NCBI RefSeq assembly: GCF_001194135.2
Contig: NC_069003.1
Coordinates: 13,353,193 to 13,417,192, forward strand
Origin: Octopus bimaculoides
Taxonomy: Eukaryota
Reading direction: 5' to 3'
Length of the DNA: 64,000 nt
Below are positions 25,033-38,329 of the stretch, one piece after another. The notes under the pieces were generated by a model that worked only from the letters and a program-made list of their open reading frames with translations, did not search any database and was not told where the DNA came from. How positions within the stretch are numbered: the first letter of the stretch is position 1; each line of letters starts with the position of its first letter. Made by a program: the position numbers and the translations under genes.

Positions 25033-26751
25033 TAGATGATGATGATGATGTCATTGTCATCGTCATCATGGCAGTGGTAGTGTAGTTTTTTTAAAGATGG
25101 TAGGATGGTAGTGTGTGGTTTTTTTGAGGGAGGTTTGGCTATCCTTTCTTGTAGGCTGAATGATTGCATAGAGGATCCATCATTTTGTGGCATGGCAAAA
25201 CAAGTGGAGTACTGAACCAAATACTTTACTGTATCATATGTGACATTCTTGCTCTATAGTTCAATCCCATTTGGGATGTCATAACTGGAACGTCATTGAT
25301 CATAGATCTGTTGCATCAAGACTGATTTGATACACACACTCACACACACGGTGAGCTTCCATATACTTTCTGTCTATCAAATTCACTTACAAGGCATTGG
25401 GTCAGTACAGGGGCAGTAATAGAAGACACTTGCTTGAAGTGCTACGCTGTGGGACTGAACCTGGAACTTAGTGGTTAGGCAGTGTCATCTTCTTGAACTA
25501 AAAAATTATTTATTGTTGACATTTGCAATCAATAACTATCGACAGCTGTTGTTGTGGTTGACCTTAGGTCAGTCCTGATTCAGCAAGAAAGAATTCTTAT
25601 CACAATTCATGACTAATCATGTCTTTTTATATACTACAAACACAAGACTTCATTTATCAAGTGCAACCCCACTCCTCCTTTTTGTTCGTTTAAGACAGGT
25701 TTGAGAGAGTTTGACTGCTATTTCTAGCATTGCAAGACAGTCATAAAGCTATTGACAATTGTTATTAATGCTTACAATTTCTCAGGTGAGCAAGAACCTC
25801 TCTCTCTTTCCCCCTTTTCTTTCTCTGTCTTCACCTTCTCTCTCTCTTCTCCCACTTCCTTCTCTTCCTCTTTCTACTAATGAATTGCAAATACACCAGA
25901 ACATTGAACGGTCCCTTTGCTATCATTGTATTCAGTCAACTAAATCACCTACATACATACATACATGCATGCCTACATACATACAAATATATATATATAT
26001 AGGATGGCATGAGAATTGAACCAGATGTTCTCTAGATATTTACAACTCATGACATGTGTACCACGTGTTTCTTCCTTCGCTGTACTAGACAACCGACTGA
26101 TTCAACCATATCTCAATGGTACCCCATGAACTGGCCTCCATTGACCGACCAACCAGCCAATCAAATACCAAAGATTTAAATTATCTTTCCATCAGCTGTT
26201 TTCTTTTTTTTTATGTTTCTGCATGAACGCATGTTAGTTATGTTGTTATTGTGCCAGCTCAGCCATAAATGAGCAGAACTTTGTCACGTACATAGCTGGT
26301 TGAGCAACAAATTTTGGTGCTGTAGATCTTTCATTCTCTTGGTTAATTGAGGACGACTCATTGCACTCCAATTCATCACATTTGTATTTGTCACGTGGAG
26401 AACATTGGAGAACATAGGCAGTTCCAGCTTGTTTTTTTGGTATCAAATCAGTCTTAATGCAACAAATTTATGGCCAACGATGTTCCAGTTATGACCATCC
26501 CAAATGGGATTGAACTATAGAGCAAGAGTGTCACATATGATACAGTAAGGCATTTGGTTCAGTACTCCCCTTATTTTGCCACTCCACAAAATGATGGAAC
26601 CTCTATGCTGTCACTCAGCCTACAAGAAAGGATAGCCAAACCTCCCTCAAACCACACACAGCCATCCTGCCATCTTAAAATAAAAAAGAAACTACACTAC
26701 CACTGCTATGACAATGACCATCACCCTCCTCCTCATCATCATCATCATCTA
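25033..26751. repeat. ~300-bp inverted repeat pair (25033-25332 and 26441-26751) with ~1.1-kb spacer
   Basis: The arms are reverse complements end to end (tagatgatgat...actgatttgata / tatcaaatcagt...atcatcatcta). This also shows as near-identical spurious ORFs at 25032-25220(-) and 26554-26790(+). Confidence 0.9.
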
Positions 26752-28097
26752 ATGTCTCCATACTGGCATAGTTTGGGTGGTTTTATATGAACTGTTGAGC
26801 CAGAAGATTGCTCCAAGCTCTGCTTTGGCAAGCTTTCTATAGCTGGAAGCCCTTCTTGATACCAGCCACTCCACAGAGTGTTCCGGGTGTGGTTTTTTTC
26901 TTTGTAACACCAAGTTACCCATGAGACAAGACCCTTCAGCTGAATAGGGTATAATATTGAGGGATATGAAAGTATGATAGAGGGAAAGGAGTGAGTGTCT
27001 TGCTGAAGAGTTGAATACATGATTATTCTAAAAACCTGGACACAGCTCCTACTACAAAAACCAGTTCTGTCCTACCCATTTCTCTCATACTTTAAACCTC
27101 ATTTCCTTGTATAAAACCACCCCTCCCTCTTAGCATAAAGCTACCCCCTTCCTCAAGCTTCATATCTGGCAAGCTGCAAGGTGACCTCACTAGTACTAGG
27201 TCCATGAAAAAAAAAAATCTGGTACATGATGTAAAGGAGTTGGCTTTAGGAAGGGGATTTAGCCATAAAAATCATATCAAAGCAGACACTGGAGCACGAT
27301 GCAGTCCTTGAACCCTTGCTTGAACCCAACATGGAAAATGGACTTTAAATGATGATGCTGAACACTCTAGAGCATTATCTCATTATGATCCTAAGAACAC
27401 ACACACACATGCACACTCAGAGAAGTTCTACCCTTAAACGTTCATTCCAGCATCTGAACATGGATGAACAAACCTTATTCCATCATTATTTGAAGAACTT
27501 TCAGGCCCTGGCAAAGATTTAATTATTCTGCAGCTTCAGAAAGTTTCATACCAACTTCAACAGAACTATCAGCTTTGACTGCCAAACTTTGAGCAATAAA
27601 TTTGTGAGATCTTAAATCCTGACAACATTTTAATAACTATTTATGCTCTACCGCAAATATTTTAGTGTCCACTTCAATGTTTATAGCCCTACAATAAAAA
27701 ATATTGTTCATATATAAATATATATTTGGATTAATTATACATGCATACATACATACAGACAGACATATCTTTTACTTGTTTCAGTCAGTAAACTGCAGCC
27801 ATGCTGGGGCACTGCGTGGAAAATTTTTTGGTCGAATGAATCAACCCCAGTACTTATTCTATTGGTGTCTTTTGCCAAACCACTAAGTTACAGGGACATA
27901 AACATACCAACACCAGTGATCAAATACACACACACAAACACACACACACACACACATGCAACAGGCTTCTTTCGGTTTCTATCTACCTAATTCATTCACA
28001 AAATTTTGGTCAGCCCAAGTAGAAGACAATATATATNNNNNNNNNNNNNNNNNNNNNNNNNNNNNNNNNNNNNNNNNNNNNNNNNNNNNNNNNNNNN

Positions 28098-28134
<37 letters not shown>

Positions 28135-28181
28135 TACACACACACACACACACACACATATAGAGTGAGAGAGAGAAGCAT

Positions 28182-28486
28182 GATCTTCGAATGTTGGGTC
28201 TCACAGAAGCAATGACAAGTGATTTATAAGATCTTTGGTGATTTGCAGTGCTTGAGAAGACACATCAAGCCAAGTGAAATCATAGTTGTGGCCTGTGCCA
28301 GTGACACGTAAAAGGCAACCACTACACTCTTGCAGTGGTTGGCATTAAGAAGGGCATCCAACTGTAGAAAGCAAGCCAAATCAGACTGGGACTTGGTACT
28401 GCTCTCGGGCGTAACAGTTCCAATCAAACCATCTAACCCATGCCAGCATGGAAAGAAGACGTTAAATAATGATGATGATGATGATG
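28182..28486 (+). mobile_element. RTE LINE 3' end
   Basis: DLRMLGLTEAMTSD..DLW*FAVLEKT, then the RTE UTR and (GAT)n tail. Confidence 0.8.
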
Positions 28487-29317
28487 AGAGAGAGAGAGAT
28501 CTATATAAAATGAGATAATGTATTTAACAATAAAAATATATCTACAGTAATTAAGAGTTCAGTAACAGATTGTTAAAACTCCAACATGTTTATAACATTA
28601 CAGTAAGTCCAGTAGATGTTGACATGTAAACACACAATAGATTAAAAAGATCTGCAAGAGCAACATATTTAGTAAACATGCACAACAAACCCCCACACAC
28701 TCCTAGTTTCTGTCTCCCCACTTGCTTCTGTTCACCTCATACCTTGAGGTCCTACCTGGACACACTGCATCACCACTGTTTATCTCTACATATCTATTAC
28801 TGATTCATTTCTGACTCTCTCCTAATTGTTGTAGCTGTGTAGCTCCCCTATAACATGAACCTGCTCTATCCCACTCCTTTCTTTTATAGCATACTAGCAT
28901 AAGATCCCCGCTGCATAGCAACCTCACTAGTGCTGGTGGCATACAAAGCACAGAGTACACAGTGTTAAGTGGTTGGCATTAGAAAAGGCATAGACACTGG
29001 TGCATGATACAGTCCTTGGACCTCTCAGATATCACAACCACCACCATCTTCATCACTCTTTCTAGCTACTCCCACCCATCCTTATATAAAACTGAATGGC
29101 CATGGATTTCTTAAAGCAAGACACTTGTTCCTGTCTGTGTACCGTACTTAAGCCCCACACCCCTGGCATAAAGCCACCTCTCTCTCTCCTACATTCCCAC
29201 TTAGTTGAGGGGTGGGGAAGTTTTCTTTGTCTTGCTAGTTACTTCATAACCACGCTAATACTGGTACCACAAAAAAACAACCCCAAAAAACAATGCACCC
29301 AGTACATTCTGTTAAAT

Positions 29318-29577
29318 CAGTGGTTCTCAACTGGGGTCCATATGGCCCTTGTGGGTCCATATAATATTTTGTTGTTAAACTTTGTGCTATAAATTGGTTG
29401 TACTTGTACAATAAGCAAAATATTTTAAACAATTTTCTAAAATCAATTCCTAATAATATTTGATTATAAGAATACAGTAGGATTTTTTCTAATGTACATC
29501 AAATGGCTATGGAGATCCAGTAGCGTAAAATAGGAATCAAAGAGTTCCATAGGCAAAAAAATGGATTAGAACCATTG
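29318..29577. mobile_element. hAT (Charlie-like) MITE with perfect 8-bp TSD
   Basis: CAGTGGTTCTCAAC ... GGATTAGAACCATTG; TGTTAAAT at 29310-29317 and 29578-29585. Same family as 23306-23558. Confidence 0.9.
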
Positions 29578-29869
29578 TGTTAAATGGTTAACACTAGAAA
29601 GGGCATCAGGCTATAGAAATTATGCCAAAGCATTGGTGCTCAGCATAATCCTCTGGCTTGGATCCCATTGAACCATCATGCTCATGCGAACATGGAAGAT
29701 GGACATTATATAATAGTGAAATGATGTGCCTTGCTCAAGGACACAACATAAAATTTCAGAGTTGTCATCCTTTTCTTTGTACTGATGAAATCCAAGTAGA
29801 CTGAAATAGTAGCTATATACAAATATTAAGTTCTCTATGTGTGTGTGTATATACACACACACACACATG

Positions 29870-30693
29870 AAACAACATGAAATACAAAAACAAATGAGTT
29901 CAATACGCAAACAATGAGAGAAACAAATGGAGAACAGGACAAGTAACATAATGAACGACCCTTCATCAGTTGTTAGCTGTCTATCTACTCCTCGTTTTGA
30001 GCATTGAACGACAATATGAGTCTTCGAAGACAGTTGCTCCCATAAATACCAAAATAAAATTGGGGATTTATGGAAGGGTCAAAGTTGGGCATAAACACAG
30101 GACAATGGAGACGTACAAGGAAACCAAATGAAATCAAACACAGAGGGTCGTTAGACCAGAATGAGGGTAAAATAGCGAACGCTAGAGAAATATTTTCTTT
30201 GACAAGAGAAAAGATAGAAGAGAGTTCCCCTCTTTCTCGTTTTCTCTCTCTTGTTGCTCACATGTGACCATTGTCCATCTTCCTTTTCCTTATGTAATCA
30301 TCTTTTCTTTCAGGACTGTCCTAAGGACTGGACATATCTCTCTCTTCTGTCTTTTCTCTTGTCAAAGAAAATATTTCCCTAGCATTTGCTATTTTACCCT
30401 CGTTCTGGTCGAACAACCCTCCATGTTTGTTTTCATTCAGTTTCCTTGTATGTTTCCACTGTCCTATTTTCATTCCCAACTTTGACCCTCCATAAATCCC
30501 TAATTTTATTCTGGTACTTATGGGAGCAACTGTCTTTGAAGACTCATATTGTCGTTCAATGCTCAAAACGAGGAGTAGATAGACAGCTAACGACTGATGA
30601 AGGGTCGTTCATTATGTTACTTGTCCTGTTTTCAATTTGTTTCTCTCATTGTTTGTGTATTGAACTCATTTGTTTTCGTATTTCATGTTGTTT
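29870..30693. mobile_element. Fold-back element with ~355-bp inverted arms (29870-30224 and 30340-30693), probably Penelope-like pLTR-derived
   Basis: The arms are clear reverse complements around a 115-bp spacer. They carry ACTGATGAAGGG, and the right copy ends in ...gtgacgtcctgtacatatat, similar to the fragment at 1120-1222. Confidence 0.7.
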
Positions 30694-30735
30694 ACTATTG
30701 GTGACGTCCTGTACATATATATGCATGTGTATGTT

Positions 30736-30787
<52 letters not shown>

Positions 30788-33700
30788 TTATTCCTTTTAT
30801 TTTGACTAATGAAAAATATAAAATGAACTAAAATATGGATTTTCTGGCAAATACAGTGTCTCCAATGCTACAGGGATGAACAACAAATCAACTGAGTGAT
30901 TAAATATATTTTACGTTCTAAATGTATATAAGTGCTTTTTCAATTTATGTTTGATTGTTTTTATGCATAATTGTACACACAATATATGATGGTCCTCGGT
31001 GCCAACTTTCTGTATTGGCTCTGTGCATGTGTGTGTTATATATCTGTGGTATGCCAAGTAGTGCATAATTTTATGACTTGAAGTAAGTTTTCAACATTCA
31101 ATGAATAGACGACAGTGTTAGAATTTAGAAGTGGTGACCTACATCTGGCTTGAAAGTTATAGTGGTGTGTGTGTGTGTGTGTGTATATATTATGTACGTG
31201 TGTGTACATGTTATGTTAGTGTGTGTGTGTGCATCTATATATAATAATGGTCAATTGTGAATTTGTTTAGTAACTTCAGAGTCATCTTATTTAAGTTTTG
31301 TATTTCCAAGTTGGTATTTTATGGAATTTTAAAAGTGTTATCTTTTATTTGTGTCTGTCATTGGACTGTGGCCATGCTGGAGCACCGTCTTTAGTTGAGC
31401 GAATTGGCCCAAGGACTCATCCTTTGTAAGCCTATTACTTATTTTATCAGTCTCTTTTGCCGAACTGCTAAGTTACAGGAACACAAACACACCAATATAA
31501 GTTGTCAAGTGATGGGAGACACACACACGGATACACAAACATATACATATATGACAAGCTTCTTTCAGTTTCCATCTACCAAATCCACTCAAAAGGCTTT
31601 GGTCAGCCTGAGGCTATAGTAGAAGACACTTGCCCAAGGTGCCATGCAGTGGGACTGAATCCGGAACCATGTGGTTGGGAAGCAAGCTTCTTACCACACA
31701 CCCACACCTTTATATATACATGGTAGGCTTCTTTGAGTTTCCATTTACTAAAGCTTTGTAAGTGGATTTGGTAGATAGAAACTGAAAGAAACCCATCGTA
31801 TGTGTGTGTGTGTGTGTTTGTGTCTGTTTGTCCCCCATCACTGCTTGACAGAGAGAGAATGAGAGATTAAAGGATAGATATCTAGACAGGCAGTTGACAT
31901 AGATAAATATAGATGACAAATAAACAGTTATATAGGAAGATAAATTTGTAAATAGATATAGATAGGCAGACTGTGTATGTGTGTTTTATTAAAACATTTG
32001 CACACGGATACCTTGCCAGGCAGACTGTGTGTTTATTATATCAAAGTTTAACAGACTACTATGAGTTTCACTGCAGGCTGTCTTGTTCTCTATCTGTCAA
32101 CTGCTCAACCTGGGGCAAAACTCTAAACTGTTAATCTTTGATGTAATAAACATATCTATCTACTCTACCCAATGTATTAAGTTCTTTATCAGATAATGTT
32201 TTCACTGTGTCAAATGTATTTTAACCTTTTTTGATACTAACCTACTTGAGGCTACTCTGAGTTCTATGATACAAATTTCCTGTTTTAAAGGGATCTAAAT
32301 TAAAACCTTCTTCCATTAAAATTTCATGTTAAAGTGACAAGCTGGCAGAATTGTTTCTGCACCGGGTAAAAATGCTTAGCGACATGTCATCTGTCTTTAC
32401 TTTTGGTGTTCAAATTCTACCAAGGTCAACTTTGTCTTTCAGAGTCAATAAAATGAGTCCCAGTCAAGCATTTTGGTTAATGTAATCAAATTACCCCCTC
32501 TCCAAAATTGCTAGCCTTGTGCCAAAATTTGAAATCAATTTATGTTCCAAACACCAGCTGACTAATAATAATGAGTTATTGTATTAAATCAATCATAATT
32601 TTTCAAAATTAATTGAAACAAAGGCAGTATATATCAACAGAAATTCGGTAGCAAAAGGATTAAGTATTGTATGGTTCTATCAGTCTTTGTGTTCTGTGAT
32701 TCACCTTAGATAGCCTTGGTTCTTTGATATAAACTTTTTGTTTTAAAGCAATCGAATTTAAAATCTTCCATTAAAATGTCATGTTAATTTATTCTCAAAA
32801 CACCAGCTTCACCCTTTAGCACTCAGATTTCTCTGTCAAATGCAACATTTATTTATTCCCATTATTTTCAATTAATCATACATCTTCCGTTCTAGGTTTA
32901 AACCTAGTCTAGGTCAACTTTATCTTTCATCTTCCCAGAATTGATGAAATAAAGTTACCAGTTAATAAACTAAACCCTTTTGCACAAAATTTCAGGTTTT
33001 GTGCCTACGTTAAAAATAGTTATTTTTATCTGATTTATTATGAACTTTTTTCAGTTTCCGTCCACCAAATCCACTTATAATATAGAAGTATTTCTCATGG
33101 TCCCAGCAGACAGAATGGAAAAGTTGTTGTCCCAGAGGATAATGAGAGAGATGCATTGCAACAGCCACTCTGATTCATGGGACTTGCACATGTGGACAGC
33201 CGTCTCCACCATGATAGTGTTGAGCAGGGATATTGTCTGGGGGCCAATTATCTTGTAGCTTCAAGCTTTTGATGGTGTGATTGTTTTATTTTTAGGATAA
33301 CATTGTAGGGTTCGTGTGAGAGGCTTGATCTGGTCAGTTTGAATATAAAACAGATAGAATATTTGTGCTGTTGGGCTGGATGTGGTCGGTTTGAATGCTA
33401 AGGGTTAATGAGGACAAAGTTATTGTAATAAATTCTTCAGTATTTTGAAAATTTATTGAAATAAAGGCAGTGAATTTCAACAGAAATATGGTTACAAAAA
33501 GGTTAAATATACTTTACAACTCTTACATTATGATGTGTGTGTATGTGGAGAGAGAGAGAGAGAGGGAGAAGGAGGGAGAGAACGTGTTCAGCTGACATGG
33601 ATGCCAACGTAAATAGCAAAGCTAGTTTTGCCTCGAACACTGTAATCATAACAATACCGAGCCGACTGATGCTGCACTAAATTGCTCTTGTTTTTGTTGT

Positions 33701-35389
33701 TGTGGAACCAGTGTCTGCTGCATTCAATGGAAAAACAAGACGAATGATCAATATTTGTCCCACTTCTCTCTCGCTCCCCTCCTCCTCCTCCTCTTCACGT
33801 TCCACCTCATCACCTCTTCCTCACCTCCTCAGCTGTTCTACTATCGCTGTTCCACCATTGCTGCTGATGCTGCTGCTATCGTTGCAGTTTGGTTTGTTGT
33901 TCTTACTCAGCAGTTTTATCTGTTGCACCTTTTGTTTCTCTCTCTCTTCTTTCTCATCTGCAGCCTCCACTGCCGTCACACCTCCAACCAGACATCTCCA
34001 ATCACCATGAAACAACGGAACAGGTCATCTCTCTCACTCTTATTTTGACTTGCCTCTCTTCCATTGCACATGAGGTGCAGTTCAGTGTCTGGTTGTTAGC
34101 TGTCTGCACCACAGCTACTTTCGTGTAAACACACTGCAGCTTGCGTGACTTTCAGTGTGGGCGGCAGTGGCATAGGTGTGCAGTTGTGTTTCTGGTTTCT
34201 ATACAGCTGCTTCTTGCTGTCGTAGTTTAGCCCTGGGCTAGCTTTCATCAACCAGAGTTATGATCAGAGATGCTCTAGACATGACATCTCATCTTTCAGT
34301 TTGACAGACGTTGGCCAGCTGGAGAGCTGCTCAGGCTCCATTTGTCTGTTTTGGCATGACGGTGTGATTTGAGTGAAATTTGACTGTTATTTCTAATAAA
34401 ACAAGCAAAAATAAAGAGGTTCCTTTGTTCGTCTGTTGCTACAGATATGTAGTTGTTGTTATTAGTGTTGTTGCTGTCATTTAGCCCTGTGTCACTTCTC
34501 ATCAATCAGGTCAATATAAGCAAAAACATTCTACCATATTTTAACGTAATATCAGGAACCCTTTTTTTCCAAAATTAGACTAAAAAAATATGGGAGTGTC
34601 TTATATATGGATAGTTTTATAATCCCTTACAAAACCTTTTTTCCAAATTTTAAGCACCCAAATTTAGGGGGTTCCTTATACATGTTAAAATACGGTATAT
34701 TCATGCTTTTATTTTTATTTCAAATACAGTATATTTAGGACTACATTATTCCTCATAACCTCCCTCTTTTTAAGGTAGTAATATGTGGCATGGAGGTTAG
34801 GGGCTGCTATTTTTAGCTAGTCAAAAATCCATGTAGTAAGTAGCATGTTAACCCAAAGTCAGGTCTGATCCAGTAGCAGCAGCAGATCTATGATTAAAGA
34901 CATTCTAGCTGTGACTATCTCATCTTTACAGACATAGTTAATCTTGGATTACATTATTCAAAGCGTCCTTTTTTTTTATTAATGGATCTGAAAGCCTTGG
35001 TTGCTATTTCTAGTATATCTAGCGACCACTCAGCAACTCCCTTATAAAGATTGTCTTCTCCTTCAAGTGGCCGCAACTGAGATGCGTTTCACCCTACCTC
35101 ACCAGGAATTTCTGTAGAACATCAGCTTTAGTAGATCTTCTGTTTCCTGTTGTGTGACTCTGCCAATCACATCAATGTAGATTGAGTGGTCTTCATCCAT
35201 TATTATGGCACAGAAGATTCTGTAATGTTACATCCAATATGATAGCCTGGTGTTTAGCACAATAGCTGTGGCTAGCAAAGAACAACAGCCTGCTGCAGTA
35301 AAAACAAGCACCACCACCACCACCACTACAGTTATAGGATGGAGATGCTCTCTGTTGTTGTTACTGCTGTTAATGTTGTTATTGTTGCC

Positions 35390-35654
35390 AAGGTGGCAAG
35401 CTGGCAGAATTATTAGGGTGCTGGCAGAATTATTAGGGTGCTGGCAGAATTATTAGGGTGCTGGACAAAGAAAATGCTTAATGGCATTTTTTCATTTTCT
35501 TTACATTCCGAGTTCAAATAGCGATGAGGTCAACTTTGCCTTTCATCCTTTCAGGGTCGATAAAATTAAATAGCAATCAAGCACTGAGGCCAATGTAATC
35601 AACTTCCCCACTTCCCCCTAAAAATCGCCAGCCTTCCACCGAAATTCGAAACTG
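35390..35654 (+). mobile_element. SINE family F with triplicated 20-bp head segment
   Basis: CTGGCAGAATTATTAGGGTG x3 exact (35401-35460), then B-box GAGTTCAAAT and the gcctttcatcctttcagggtcgataaaat core. Confidence 0.85.
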
Positions 35655-35972
35655 ATGTTGTTATAGCCTTTATGTCAGTCGTTATTTGCAGAGGGTCCAT
35701 AGGTAAAACATGGCTGAGATTTACTGGTCTAAGAGGCCGAACCGTCTCAAGATATCTTTTATCGTTTACTTGTTTCAGTCGGACTGTGGCCGTGCTGGAG
35801 CACTGCCTTGAAGGATTTTTACTTGAAACAAATCACCCCTAGTACTTACTTTTAAAACTGGTGCTTTTTCCATTGGTCTTACTTTGCTGAACTGCTAAGT
35901 TATGGGGATGCAATTAAACCAATACTGGTTGTTAAGCAGTTGGGTAGGTGTGTAGGGTAACAGACAAAAGCG

Positions 35973-36014
<42 letters not shown>

Positions 36015-37578
36015 CTGGGATCCACACTTTCTGTCTATCAAATCCACTCATAAGGTATTAGTTGGCCCTGGACTATAGAAGGCACTTGCCCATGATGTCC
36101 TGCAGTGGGACTGAACTCAAAACCTTGTAATTGCAAAGCAAGCTTTTTAACCACACAGCCATGCCTACACCTATAGAGTATGACATGAAGAAAATTTAGC
36201 TGTTATTTCTAGCAAATATAACAATCCATTTGTAGGTATTGATATCACTGTTTCTGATGTTACTGCTGCTGCTGTTTTTGTGCATGTTTATCTCATAGTA
36301 GCTTTATCTTCTGACTAATCTATGTTAAACCCTAATCCACCCATCTACCCGTATCTCACATCCCCTCCTCATCTTTCCCTATCACCAATGGTGATGACTC
36401 AGAAAGAAATAAATAACATGACATTGTGTCTCATTGCTGCTGCCCAGCATCCAGCTTTAACTTTTTTCCATCTGCTCCATCCACCACGGAGATGCTCCCT
36501 CACCACCCCTATCATCTACCCGACTGTCCTGTTTGCTGTCCAGCTACATTTCTTCTTATCCACCCAGCTGTCTACCTCAGTCCCTCCTCCTGTTCTTTTA
36601 GTAGACCCTCTTCCTATCTACCCATCTGATCAGTTCTCTATCATTAGTGGTCACTATAGAAGAGCATGTGTATGTATGTAGAGGACTCAGCCAGTATCTG
36701 AGGGGTACAGGTTCAACTCCTGTATCCACCTGCTGGCAAATTTTTTCTGTCTTATAAGGGTAAATACCCAATCCTTGCTGTTACAGCTTTAATGCATTCG
36801 AAATTTACTTTCTTGCCTGTAAAATACCAGCCACATTCAATGCTTCTAAAGCTTGTTTATAATATATATATATATCTTGTTTCAGTCATGCTGGAGCACC
36901 ACTTTGAACGGTTTTAGTCAAACAAATCGAAGCTAGGATTTATTGTTTTAAAACCTGGCAATTATTCTATCAGCCTCTTGCCAAACCACTAAATTGCAGG
37001 GATGTAAACACACCAACACCAGATGTCAAGTGGTGGTGGGGTGCAAATGCAGACACAAACACACACACATATTTTATATATTATATATATATATATGGCA
37101 GGCTTTTGAATTAATCATCCAATATCTTGTGGCTTCAGAATGTCAATGATGTGATTGTTTATTTTTACTATGACATTGTAGAGTAGGTGTATGATGTTGG
37201 ATCAGGTCAGTCTGAACATAAAGGAGGGAGAATATTTTGGCCGGATATGGCTGATTTAAATACAAAAAGGTTAATATTACAGGATGTTTGTATCATAGAA
37301 TCAGGGGCAGTCCCAGGAGGGTTGGTATAGAAATAGTTAGAGATAATAATAATGGTTTCAGATTTTGGCACAAGGCCAGCAGTTTTAGAGGTGGGTGTAA
37401 GTCGATTTCACTGACTCCAGTATTCACTTGCTACTTATTTTATCACCCTTGTAAGGATGAAAGGCAAAGTCAACCTTGGTATATTTGTACTGAGAATGTT
37501 AAGCCAGAAGAAATACCATTAAGCATGTTTTCCTGCACAATAATAATTCTGCCAACTTGCTGCATTTATAATAATAAC

Positions 37579-37611
<33 letters not shown>

Positions 37612-37802
37612 TTCAAAATTTTGCATAAGGCCAGTAAGTTACATCGACCCCAGTGCTCAACTGGTACTTTTTTTATCGACCTCAAAAGGATAAAAGGCAA
37701 AGTTGACATCAGCAGAATTTGAACTCAGAACATAAGCATTTTGCCCAGCATGTTAATGATTCTGCTAGGTCGCTGCCTTAATAATAATAATGATAATAAT
37801 AA

Positions 37803-38140
37803 TGCCCATTTGATTCCAGGATTGTAAAGAAAGAAGACGAAAAACAAAAATATATAATCCCTTAAAATATGGAGTATGATAACTAAATGTTGTGCCTGTA
37901 ATAACTGGTGCATTGGGAACTGTAAGGGAAGATACAGACAGATCATTGAAGGGGATTGGAATGGAATGTCCTGTAGAACTTCTACAGAAAGTTTGCTTCT
38001 TAGGGATAGGAAGGATTATCAGGAGGCTCTTAAGTACTTGAAAGACTATTGAAAGCTTGTGGATACCTAAGGTTACTGGCAAAAATCCACAGCCTACATA
38101 AATCCTTTAAGGAATAAAAATGAACCTGAATCAAATCAAT
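37803..38140 (+). mobile_element. 3' end of a restriction-like-endonuclease (RLE) non-LTR retrotransposon, HERO/R4-like, decayed
   Basis: CPFDSRIVKKEDEKQKY ... VVPVITGALGTVREDTDRSLKGIGMECPVELLQKVCFLGIGRIIRRLLST* (stop at 38039-38041) matches the RLE C-terminus pattern (PFD.RI..KE.EK..KY / VVPVV.GALG / LQK..LLG..RI.R). Flanked by (TAA)n on both sides. Confidence 0.8.
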
Positions 38141-38329
38141 AATAATAATGATAATATTACTACTACTAATAATAATAATCCTTTCTACTATAGGAACAAG
38201 ATCTGAAATTTTGTGGGAGGGGTAAGTTGATTACATCAACCCCAGTATTCAACTGGTACTTATTTTAACAATTCCAAAAGGATGGGAAGCAAAGTTGACT
38301 ACAGCAGAATTTGAACTCAAAATATACAA

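Noticed and set aside
26246-26446. 66-aa minus-strand ORF inside the inverted-repeat spacer
   Set aside because: No recognisable domain; the length is expected by chance.
30595-30620. CTGATGAAGGG as a hammerhead (also 1126-1140 and 14650-14660)
   Set aside because: No GAAA, stem III or NUH triplet in register downstream; treated only as a PLE-like sequence signature.
33964-34023. Possible exon after a strong polypyrimidine tract and CAG (PPLPSHLQPDISNHHETTEQ)
   Set aside because: The phase-1 frame needed to follow the SURP exon hits TGA after 15 codons, the donor (GTCATC) is weak, and the surroundings are decayed trinucleotide repeats.
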